Shown piece by piece: positions 55,288 through 64,000 of a DNA stretch of 64,000 bases. Made by a program: the position numbers and the translations under genes. Numbering within the stretch: the first letter of the stretch is position 1; the number at the start of each line of letters is the position of its first letter. The notes below the pieces were generated by a model. It did no database searches. It saw only the letters and a list, made by a program, of their open reading frames with translations, and had not been told where the DNA came from. Origin of the DNA: an uncultured Planctomycetaceae bacterium (lineage in GTDB: Bacteria > Planctomycetota > Planctomycetia > Planctomycetales > Planctomycetaceae); assembly GCA_963813715.1 (NCBI GenBank), contig CAWFAK010000009.1:672001-736000 (forward strand). Reading direction: 5' to 3'.

Positions 55288-56377
55288 TCAGCTCGCGGAG
55301 GCCGGGGCTGCTGGCGCCGCGGCGTCCCGCTCGGCCGCCAGGCGCAATTGCCCGCAGGCCGCGTCGATATCCGCGCCTTTGCGTTTGCGCACGGTCGCCG
55401 CAATTCCGGCCGACGTGAGCGTTTCGACGAACGCCGCGACGTGCGCGTGGGTCGGGGCCGCGAACTCGAGTTCGTTCACGCCGTTCATCGGAATCAAGTT
55501 GACGTGGGCGCCGCGGCCCTCCAACAGCCGCGCGAGTTGACGAGCCTGCTCCAGGCTGTCGTTGACGCCGCCGAGCAACACGTACTCGAACGTGACCCGG
55601 CGTCCCGTTTCCTGGAAGTAATCGTCGGCCGCGTCGAGGATGGCCTGCATACCCGTTTTTTCATTGATCGGCACGAGTCGATTGCGCAGTTCGTCGTCCG
55701 GGGCGTGCAGCGAGACGGCCAGGTTGAACGGCTTGCCACAGCGGGCCAGCTCGCGAATCTTTTCCGGCAGGCCGACGGTCGAGATCGTGATGCGGCGAGC
55801 CCCCAGGCCCAGTCCGCCTTTCTCGTTGAGCGTCTCCATCGCCGGCAGCAGCGCCTTGAGGTTGGCCAGCGGCTCGCCGATGCCCATCACGACCACGTTG
55901 GTGATGCGTTCGTGCGGCGTCAGCAGCCGATCAAGCCGCAGCACTTGCTCGATGATTTCGCCGGTCGACAGATTGCGTTTCACGCCCAAGCAGGCCGCTC
56001 GCGCAGAACACGCAGCCCATCGCGCAGCCGACCTGCGTGCTCAGGCATACGGTGACGCGGTCGGGCTCGCGCATCAGCACGGCTTCGATGTGGTTGCCGT
56101 CGGCCAGCCGCAGCACCAGCTTTTCGGTGCGATCGCTGGCGACCTGGTGCCGGGCAATCTCCGAGCTGAACAGGCGGAACTGACCGACCAGCGCGGCGCG
56201 GAGCGACTTCGGCAAATCGTGCATGCTCTCGAAGTCGCTGACCCGCTTGCCGAAAATCCAACGCCGAATCTGCTCCGCCCGAAACGGCTGCTCGCCCTGC
56301 CGCTGACACCAAGCGGCCAATTCCGCGCGCGACAGGTCGGTGATCAGCGGCAGGTCAGTCACGGGGGCGTTCGACAC
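55288..56377 (-). CDS. rlmN: Dual-specificity RNA methyltransferase RlmN; frameshift near 55985
   Basis: STQVGCAMGCVFC radical SAM motif, MGIGEP, SLHAP, AACGQL. Confidence 0.95.
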
Positions 56378-56655
56378 GAGAAAGTCACATTCAAGAGGAG
56401 GAAGTCAGAAAGCGAAAGAGGGCGACAATCTTATTCTAATGACCGTGCGCGATCTTACGATCGACGGGCAAGGCGGCATGCCATGCCAGCTTGCCCTACG
56501 GAATCGCGCCTGCGCACTTGTGGGCTCGATCGCCGAGCGCTTTCTCCGCCGGGATAAGTTTCCGCGGAATCTCGCGAATTTCGCGTCCGGACTGAAAAAT
56601 CCCGCGACGGTCGGCGTCTCTATCTTGAGAAGACGACACCGCCAGACGCCGCCGC

Positions 56656-57165
56656 ATGAGCTTCCTGACGCCGGAACTATTGGGCCAGCTGATCGATGAG
56701 CATGCGGCTGCGCTGGAGTTATTTGCATCGCAGTGGTCGCGGGCGGCGGCAGACGCTGTGCAGGAAACATTCGTCGAGCTGGCTCGTCAGCCACGGCGAC
56801 CGGACAACCTGATCGCCTGGCTCTACCGGGTCGTGCGGCACCGGGCCTACGACGATCGCCGGGCCGAGTCGCGGCGACGGCGGCGCGAAAGCGTCGCGGC
56901 CGCGGAAAATGAGCCCTGGTTTCGGCCGACGAGTGCTGGGCAAATCGTCCCGCAGGACGCGACCGACGCCCTGCGGGAATTACCCGATGACCTCCGCGAG
57001 GTCGTAGTCGCCCGCATCTGGTGTGGACTGACATTCGAACAAATCGGCGAAATCACGCAAACGTCCGCCGCAACCGTCTTTCGCCGACATCGGGAAGCAC
57101 TTTCCCTCTTAAGAAGTCGATTGGGAATCTCATGTCTGGACCCAGAGAAAACCTCGAACGCGTGA
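56656..57165 (+). CDS. ECF RNA polymerase sigma factor
   Basis: DAVQETF, AWLYRVVR; sigma4 region LPDDLREVV...LTFEQI. Confidence 0.9.
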   Translation: MSFLTPELLGQLIDEHAAALELFASQWSRAAADAVQETFVELARQPRRPDNLIAWLYRVVRHRAYDDRRAESRRRRRESVAAAENEPWFRPTSAGQIVPQDATDALRELPDDLREVVVARIWCGLTFEQIGEITQTSAATVFRRHREALSLLRSRLGISCLDPEKTSNA

Positions 57166-57680
57166 GCGAGCTGTCGGACGAGGAACGGCAGATCGAACGC
57201 TTGCTCGCCGAACTGACTCCGCGCGACAGCCGGATCAGCCGCGACCGGACAATGTTCTGTGCCGGTCAGGCGGCGGGCGTGTCGCCAGCGACCGAAACGA
57301 GGAAGACGCGCTGGGTCTGGCCGGCCGTGACGGCGTGCTCGACCGCCGCCGGGTTGCTGGCAGGAATTCTGATCGCCGGACCGATCCGGCCCGCAGCCTC
57401 GATCGCTCAGCGGACTTCGGAGACTTCCCCCGCTGGTCCGCCGTCGACAGTCGCGCATGCGAATGAACCGGAAACTATCGTCGCCGATGCCCCGGCGCCC
57501 ATGGAGCTGCGGATCGCGTTGGCCCGCCGAGCGGGGAACGAACTCGCCTGGGCCCAGTCCGACTTGTCGACGAGCCGCGGTCGTCCGACGGCGGCCGGCG
57601 CCCCGGCGGCGGGTTCCTTCGCGCCGCTGACCTACGGAGCCGCGCTGGGCCGACTGAGTGCGGAGGAGAAGGACTTGTAG
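57132..57680 (+). CDS. Putative single-TM anti-sigma factor
   Basis: Overlaps the ECF gene; one TM helix (WPAVTACSTAAGLLAGIL). Confidence 0.65.
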   Translation: MSGPRENLERVSELSDEERQIERLLAELTPRDSRISRDRTMFCAGQAAGVSPATETRKTRWVWPAVTACSTAAGLLAGILIAGPIRPAASIAQRTSETSPAGPPSTVAHANEPETIVADAPAPMELRIALARRAGNELAWAQSDLSTSRGRPTAAGAPAAGSFAPLTYGAALGRLSAEEKDL

Positions 57681-57708
57681 GACAAATGCAGAAATGCCCC
57701 TCGCTGAC

Positions 57709-57811
57709 CAACCAATTGCATGTGACGACGTAAGTCCTTACCGACATAGCTTTCGAAGCTGTATCGCAAAACCCTTCTGCGCAACACTAGTATCGCTAAT
57801 GCAATTTGTTG
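57709..57811. mobile_element. MITE-like element, copy 1 (103 bp), in the left REP arm
   Basis: TIR CAACCAATTGCAT/ATGCAATTTGTTG; flanks TGAC/TCAC. Confidence 0.8.
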
Positions 57812-57866
57812 TCACGCTTCGGGTTGGTGAAGCAGCGCGAATGCGTTTTACCAACCCGAAGCGTCA

Positions 57867-57970
57867 CAACCAATTGCATGTGACGACGTAAGTCCTTACC
57901 GACATAGCTTTCGAAGGTGTACGCAAAACCCTTCTGGCGCAACACTTAGTATCGCTAATGCAATTTGTTG
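57867..57970. mobile_element. MITE-like element, copy 2 (104 bp), in the right REP arm
   Basis: Same TIRs; perfect 4-bp GTCA duplication. Confidence 0.85.
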
Positions 57971-58052
57971 GTCAGCGAGGGCTCTTTGGGCATCGAGTCA
58001 TCATCATCAACCAACCATCATCAACTCAGCGATTGCTCTTGGGAGACAGACG

Positions 58053-59532
58053 ATGCGAACGATGTTCGGGCCGGTGATTGTGCTCGGCTTCCTCGCGAAC
58101 GCGTGCTGGGCGGGGGGTCCGGAAAAGTCGCAGCCCGCGAACCTTCCGCCCGCCCCGGCCGATGAGCCGCCGGCGGTGCGGCTGGTGGTCTCGCCGGCCG
58201 CGGAGCCGGTGCCGGCGCTCAAGTACCGCCTGTTGCCCACCCTGGCGGAGCAAACGCCGGGAAATGCCGCCCTCGACTACAGCCACGCCGTAAATCGCGA
58301 CATGCCCCGGTTTGATCAGAATAAAGTCAACCGGTGGGGTTCCTGGCTCGATCTGCCGCCCGATCGATTGCCGGTCAAAGAGTTGGAGGCCGAACTCGCT
58401 TCGTACGCGCGGGCGATTAAGGGACCTCGAGCGGGCGTCGCGTCGCGAAGTGTGCGATTGGCAATTGCCGATCAGTCGCGACGGCTTCAGTACGAATTTG
58501 GACGACTTTCAGAACCTGCGCATCCCCGTCAGAATGCTGGCCCTGAAGGCCCGCCTGCAGATTGCCCGCGGCGATCTCGACGGCGCACTGTCGACGATCG
58601 CGACGACCTTCAAGGTCAGCCACGATTGCAACCAGGGTCGACTGTTCATCACCTCACTGATTGCCTGCGCCATCGCCGGGATCAACAGCGATTCCGTGCA
58701 AGCCTTCGTGCAACAACCGCAGGCGCCGAACCTGTATTGGGCGCTCACCGACCTCCCTTCGCCCCTCGTCGAGTGCCGGGAGGCTGTCAACGTCGAAGCC
58801 ATGGCCGTTGACTACGAATTCCCGCAACTGGCCGTGTTCCGTTCGCGGCGGCTCGGCGCCGAAGAAGCGCGACATCAATCGGATGAACTCCTCACCCGCT
58901 GGTTTCGCGACACAAAGTCCTTCGAAGGGGGCGCCAAGACGCTGGAGGAGGCCCGCGCCAAATTTGCCTCCGCTGCCCGGGCCGCCAACGACAAGCAGGC
59001 TTTGCTCGACTCCGGCTGGTCCAAAGCCGACGTGGCGGCCATGGCCCCCGAACAAATCGCCTGGCTGATCTCGGACCGTCACTGGAGGATCTGTCGCGAC
59101 GAGTTAGTGAAATGGGCGGGCGTGCCCGCGCCGCAAGCCCTCGCGGGGACTCAACGTTCGCAAGAGCGATTTAAGGAGTTTCTCTCGGCCGAAACCAATC
59201 CGCTCGCCGATTTCGAGCTCGTGAAGTTCATGCCCACGAGTGCGCTTCTGGGCGCGGTGGCTCGTCGCGACCGCGTGATCGCCTGCTTGCGCGTGATCGA
59301 AGCGCTCCGCATGCACGCCGCAACCCACGAAGGCAAGTTGCCGTCATCGCTCGAGGCAATCGAGGCCGTGCCGATTCCAGTCGACGCCTACTCGGGCAAG
59401 CCGTTCGTCTACCGCCTCAACGCCGACGGCACCGCGGACCTCCAGACACCGGCTGTCCATCCGAACAACCGCGCCTATGGCCGGCACTATGTCATTCAAA
59501 TGCGCGTGATTCAAGTCCGCGCGACGAACTGA
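58053..59532 (+). CDS. Exported helical hypothetical protein (third gene of ECF locus); frameshift near 58420
   Basis: Signal peptide; PALKYRLLP, PNLYWAL, IEALRMHAA. Confidence 0.75.
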
Positions 59533-59569
59533 TCTCGCCGACGAAATGACGCCCCCGTTCGGCGACACG

Positions 59570-61057
59570 TCACTCCGACAAATCCTGCGTCTGCGGCTCC
59601 GGCAGGAACGAGCAGGCGATCGAGCCGACGACGTAGACGAATAACGCGACGCCGGCCGCCGTGAAGGCGAAGTGGGCCGCGTCGACGAGGGCGGCCTGCG
59701 GCGGCGCCAGGTCCGCCGCCTTCGGCAAGTTCGTGGCGATCGTGCTCGTCACCAGGGCGAAGAACGTCCCGATCATGCGGCCACCGATGTTCGCGGCAAA
59801 GCTCTCGCCCGTGCCGCGGAGGTGCACCGGGTAAACGTAGGGGAGATAGTTGCCCCAGAAGCTGAACTGGGCGACGGTGAACAGCCCGCAGAAGAAGATG
59901 CCGATTTGCGCCCAGGACAGGTGCATTGAGCCGACCGTCAACACCACACGGTTGTCGAATGCCCCCAGCGCAAAGAAGAAGGCGGGCATCACCAACAGGC
60001 CCGGCAGCTGGAACACTCGCAACAGCCCGCGGCGGCTGACGATCTGCACGGCCAGCATGGCCAGCAGGAAGCGGCCCACCAGTCCGCCGATCTCTTGAAC
60101 CTCGGCGTACTCGGCGGCAGCGGTCTGATCGATCTGCTTGAGCGCCTTCGGCTGCGCGCCGTTCTTGATCGCTTCGGCTTTCTCAGCCTTCACCTCGGTC
60201 AGCCGGGGGACGATTTGCGGCATTTGCTGGATGGCGCCGAACGCCGCGCCGAAACTGCAGGCAAACATCAACGTGCTGACGATGGTCGTCCTGCGGAACG
60301 CCGGTGCGAAGACTTCGAAAATCGACGGCCGGCGTAGCGTTCCGGCCTTCCGTTTCTCCTGCCACACCGGCGACTCGGGCAGGAACGGCCGGATCAAGAT
60401 CAGCGGGATCGCCGGTATCAGGCCGGACAAAAGCGTGTAGCGCCAGGCGACGTGAGGATCGCTGATCGTGCCGAACATCGAGTTGAGGGCCGACGGAATT
60501 TGCAGCCCCGGCAGCTTCCCCGAATAGTGGATGGCGAACCAGTTAGCCCCGGCGACCAGCAAGCCGCCGATCGAGGAAAAGGCCTGCGTGTAGCCCAAGG
60601 CCCGTTCGCGCTGGTCGCGATCTGAAAACAGCTCGGCGATCCAAGCGATGGCCGCCACGAACTCAACGCACACGCCCACGAACGTGAAACACCGCAACAC
60701 CAGCAGCATCGGCAGCGACGTCGCATAGCCTGAGGCGAACGTGGAAACTGCGTAAAGCAAAATGCTCCACGTGAGAATGCGGCGGCGACCCAACCGGTCG
60801 GTCAACCAGCCTCCCAGTAAGCCGAAGATGCCGCCGAAGATGGCCGGCACATAGAACAACAGGCCCACCCAGTAACCGAACTGCGGAGTCCCGGGCTTGA
60901 TGCCGCCCAGATCGTCGAGCGCCGGCCGCACGATCAAGGGGAGCATCAATAGCGAATAGGTGTCGAACGCGAAGCCGATCGACGAGATGATGCAGATCAG
61001 CCATTTGACGAAGGTGAACGGAGGTTTTCCGGAAGCAGAGACATTCGCCGTGGTCAT
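59570..61057 (-). CDS. MFS transporter
   Basis: GWLTDRLGRRR motif A, multiple TM helices. Confidence 0.92.
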   Translation of the reverse strand: MTTANVSASGKPPFTFVKWLICIISSIGFAFDTYSLLMLPLIVRPALDDLGGIKPGTPQFGYWVGLLFYVPAIFGGIFGLLGGWLTDRLGRRRILTWSILLYAVSTFASGYATSLPMLLVLRCFTFVGVCVEFVAAIAWIAELFSDRDQRERALGYTQAFSSIGGLLVAGANWFAIHYSGKLPGLQIPSALNSMFGTISDPHVAWRYTLLSGLIPAIPLILIRPFLPESPVWQEKRKAGTLRRPSIFEVFAPAFRRTTIVSTLMFACSFGAAFGAIQQMPQIVPRLTEVKAEKAEAIKNGAQPKALKQIDQTAAAEYAEVQEIGGLVGRFLLAMLAVQIVSRRGLLRVFQLPGLLVMPAFFFALGAFDNRVVLTVGSMHLSWAQIGIFFCGLFTVAQFSFWGNYLPYVYPVHLRGTGESFAANIGGRMIGTFFALVTSTIATNLPKAADLAPPQAALVDAAHFAFTAAGVALFVYVVGSIACSFLPEPQTQDLSE

Positions 61058-61356
61058 CAAGTCACCGGGGACAGGCCGTGTTGGAACTGAAACGTGCTGG
61101 AGTGGAAGCCGGGCGGAAAGTCGCGGCGCTCGACCAGCAAAGTTCGGCCCCGATTCTAAAGAACGGTCCCGCGTTGTGCGACGCAGCGGGCGCTAAAATG
61201 GGCCGCCGCGCACGTCATTGCGAATTGCTGGTGATTTGCACAGGCTCCGCGCCGCGGTTACTTTCGGAGATCGATCGCGGTGCCCCGACCTCCGGTGGGC
61301 GGCATGTTAATCTTTTGCCACTGACGGCTCGCCGCGGCCGGGCCACAAGGTGTTTG

Positions 61357-62931
61357 ATGCACGGCTTCGACGCGACCGTCTCCCCGGCTGCTGACAATTT
61401 TTCCGGCCCGTGGTATCGGGCCATGAACCGCTATCACTGGTTCGTGCTGGCCGTCGCCGCCATGGGCTGGCTCTTTGACACGATGGACCAGCAGCTGTTC
61501 GTGCTCGCGCGGCCGGCGGCGATGGAAGACCTGCTGCCCATACCAGCCGGCGCCGACGCGAAGACCGCCGACGGCATCCGCGCCACGCGGGCCACGGCCA
61601 GCGGCAACGCCACCACCATCTTCATGACTGGCTGGGCGACCGGCGGCCTGGTGTTCGGCGTGCTGGGCGATCGCATCGGCCGCGCCCGTACGATGATCAT
61701 CACGATCCTGCTCTACTCGCTTTTCACCGGGCTTAGCTCGCTCTCGCAGGGAGTCTGGGACTTCGCGTTCTACCGGTTCCTCACCGGCCTCGGCGTGGGC
61801 GGCGAATTTGCCGTCGGGGTGGCGCTCGTGGCCGAAGTCATGCCGTCGATTGCCCGCCCGTATGCGCTGGCGCTGTTGCAGGCGCTCTCAGGCATCGGCA
61901 ACGTGACGGCCGCCTTGATCTTTCTGGGGCTGGGCTTCGCGCAAGAGCACGGCTGGATCGCGCGGGCCCTGGGGACCGGAGCGGTCGCCGTCCCCTGGCG
62001 GATCATGTTCCTGGTCGGCGCCATCCCCGCGGTCGTGGCCATCTTGATCATGCGACGACTGAAAGAGCCCGAGGCCTGGCAACGCGTCAGCCACGACGGC
62101 ACGATGACGGCGCAGCTCGGCTCGTATCGCTCGCTCTTCCGCGAGCCCGTGCTGCGGAGCCGCGCGCTCTTTGGTTTGATGCTGGGCTTTGCCGGCGTCG
62201 TCGGCCTGTGGTCGGTCGGCTTTTACACCTTCGACCTGATTCGCTTCGTGCAGCGGAAGCCGGTCACCGAGTTGGTCTATCGCGAACAGCGAGAAGTCGC
62301 GGAGCGAGCCGGCGACCGGGCCCGCAAGGCCCAGCTCGAGACGCTGACGGCCGAGGCGGGCAAAGCGTCGGCGGCGTCATCTGCCGCCTTGCCGCCCGAC
62401 CTCAAGCAACTCAAGACCGATCTCGACGCGTCGGTCAGCGGACGGCTGGCGCGGTGGAGCGCCTACACGTCGATCGCCATGAATCTCGGCGCGGCGCTGG
62501 GCATGTTCGGCTTCGGTGCGCTCGCCCAACGCATCGGCCGCCGGCCGACTTTCGCGCTGGCGTTTCTGGCGGCGTTTGCCAGCACGCTGGCCGTCTTCTG
62601 GTTCTTGCAGGACTTTTGGCAGATCTGGTTGATGGTGCCGGTGATGGGATTCTGCCAGCTCTCGCTGTTTGCCGGCTATGCCATTTATTTCCCCGAGCTA
62701 TTTCCGACGCGGCTGCGCTCGACGGGCACGAGCTTCTGCTACAACGTGGGCCGGTTCGTGGCAGCCGCCGGTCCGTCGGCACTCGGCTTGTTGCGAAGCC
62801 GGGCCTTCTACGGCTTCGGCGAGCCACTCGACATGCGCTACGCCGGCATGACGATGTGCACCGTCTTTCTGCTGGGACTCTTTGCGCTTCCGTTCCTGCC
62901 GGAGACCAAGGGACAGCCGCTGCCCGAATAA
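61357..62931 (+). CDS. MFS transporter
   Basis: GVLGDRIGR, GGEF, PELFPTRLR, PETKG. Confidence 0.92.
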   Translation: MHGFDATVSPAADNFSGPWYRAMNRYHWFVLAVAAMGWLFDTMDQQLFVLARPAAMEDLLPIPAGADAKTADGIRATRATASGNATTIFMTGWATGGLVFGVLGDRIGRARTMIITILLYSLFTGLSSLSQGVWDFAFYRFLTGLGVGGEFAVGVALVAEVMPSIARPYALALLQALSGIGNVTAALIFLGLGFAQEHGWIARALGTGAVAVPWRIMFLVGAIPAVVAILIMRRLKEPEAWQRVSHDGTMTAQLGSYRSLFREPVLRSRALFGLMLGFAGVVGLWSVGFYTFDLIRFVQRKPVTELVYREQREVAERAGDRARKAQLETLTAEAGKASAASSAALPPDLKQLKTDLDASVSGRLARWSAYTSIAMNLGAALGMFGFGALAQRIGRRPTFALAFLAAFASTLAVFWFLQDFWQIWLMVPVMGFCQLSLFAGYAIYFPELFPTRLRSTGTSFCYNVGRFVAAAGPSALGLLRSRAFYGFGEPLDMRYAGMTMCTVFLLGLFALPFLPETKGQPLPE

Positions 62932-62945
62932 ATGTGGTGTGCTTC

Positions 62946-63030
62946 GGGTGGCACTGGCGGCTAGTCCGCCAGTGTCTTAAGTCGCTCGCAGTTGGATGAC
63001 GGACACTGGCGGACAAGCCGCCAGTGCCAC
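62946..63030. repeat. REP-like palindromic pair
   Basis: GTGGCACTGGCGGCTAGTCCGCCAGTG ... CACTGGCGGACAAGCCGCCAGTGCCAC. Confidence 0.8.
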
Positions 63031-63057
63031 GCACGGCTGAAAACAACGCAGGCTTCG

Positions 63058-64000
63058 ATGAAAGACAGCGTGTGGCGTCCGCAGCTCAAAACCGGCTCGC
63101 GCTGGTTCATCCTCGTCTCTGCGCTCGTCGCAGTGCTCGTCTGCACCGGATCCGGAACGTACCAGCCGGGAGCGCTCCCCATTGACGAGCCTCTCGGCGC
63201 GCGGATCCCCGTCGGCTTCGTCGTGCCGTTTGTCTTGTTGCTGTTGTCGATCGCCGTTTTGCCGCTCGTGGCCCACGACTGGTGGAAGGACGATGGCAAC
63301 AAGGCGAAGGTGGCTGCCTTCTTCTCGCTGCCGGTGATTGTGCTGTTCATCTTTCACTTCGGCGACAGCGGCAGCCATGCGCTCGTGCATCAGGGGATGG
63401 AGTACGCGTCGTTCATCATCCTGCTGGCCGCGCTCTACGTGATCTCCGGCGGCATCCTCATCGAGGGGAATTTTCGCGGCACACCCGGCTCGAACACGCT
63501 GCTGTTGGCGGTGGGTGCCGTGCTGGCCAACCTGATCGGCACGACCGGCGCGTCGCTCGTGTTGATTCGGCCGTTGATTCGTGGCAATCTCCGCCGCTCG
63601 AACGTCGTGCACGTGCCTGTCTTCTTTATCTTCATCGTGGCCAACTGCGGCGGGCTGTTGACGCCGCTGGGCGATCCGCCGCTGTTCCTCGGCTTCCTCA
63701 AAGGCGTGCCGTTCGAGTGGACGCTCAAGCTGTTTCCGCAATGGCTTTTGGTCAACGGCGTGTTGCTCGCGTTGTTTGTCGTGTGGGACGTCCTCGCTTG
63801 GCGCCGCGAAGGCCGGTCCGCGATGAATCTGGCAGCAGAGACGCTGCCCGAAAGGAGTCCGTCGGCAGACGCCGCGCCCGAGCGCTTCGGGCTGCGGGGC
63901 GTGCACAACGTGATTTTTCTGGCGGCGGTGATCGGCCTGTTGTTCGCGGCGGGCCGCGGCTACGGGCACTCGGGCGACCCCTGGCCGTTCGGGTTCCAGG
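63058..64000 (+). CDS. IT-superfamily transporter (putative Na+/H+ antiporter or citrate transporter), runs off the window
   Basis: Manual translation: ANLIGTTGAS, VANCGGLLTPLGDPPLFLGFLKGVPF; absent from the ORF track because it has no stop in the window. Confidence 0.88.
   Translation, partial: MKDSVWRPQLKTGSRWFILVSALVAVLVCTGSGTYQPGALPIDEPLGARIPVGFVVPFVLLLLSIAVLPLVAHDWWKDDGNKAKVAAFFSLPVIVLFIFHFGDSGSHALVHQGMEYASFIILLAALYVISGGILIEGNFRGTPGSNTLLLAVGAVLANLIGTTGASLVLIRPLIRGNLRRSNVVHVPVFFIFIVANCGGLLTPLGDPPLFLGFLKGVPFEWTLKLFPQWLLVNGVLLALFVVWDVLAWRREGRSAMNLAAETLPERSPSADAAPERFGLRGVHNVIFLAAVIGLLFAAGRGYGHSGDPWPFGFQ

Overview
High-GC bacterial chromosomal DNA, most likely Planctomycetota. This is inferred from the gene families (LRR protein, sulfatase, BlaI/M56, ECF trio, prenyltransferase-HEAT protein) and the REP-like palindromes. 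The housekeeping backbone includes a UbiD-family decarboxylase, comEC, leuB, a HAL2/CysQ-type nucleotidase, an M28 peptidase, tRNA-Gln, rdgB, rph, argB/D/F, rlmN and transporters. Over 20 genes, including core ones, carry single-base frameshifts, most likely long-read indel errors, so CDS calls are stitched across frames. The most unusual signals are non-coding or architectural. (1) A cas-less array at 33653-34507: a ~41-bp hairpin repeat separates 85-257 bp spacers, each made of REP-like stem-loops. It follows an iteron-like block and lies next to a low-GC, interrupted nuclease-NACHT defence-like gene. (2) A ~103-bp miniature inverted-repeat element inserted at the same position in both arms of one REP (57698-57981). 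(3) Accessory cassettes flanked by long, diverged duplications of host sequence: a 156-bp repeat around BlaI/BlaR1, and a triplicated leuB promoter plus a leuB fragment across 19.5-25.5 kb. No database searches were run; family names come from motif recognition.
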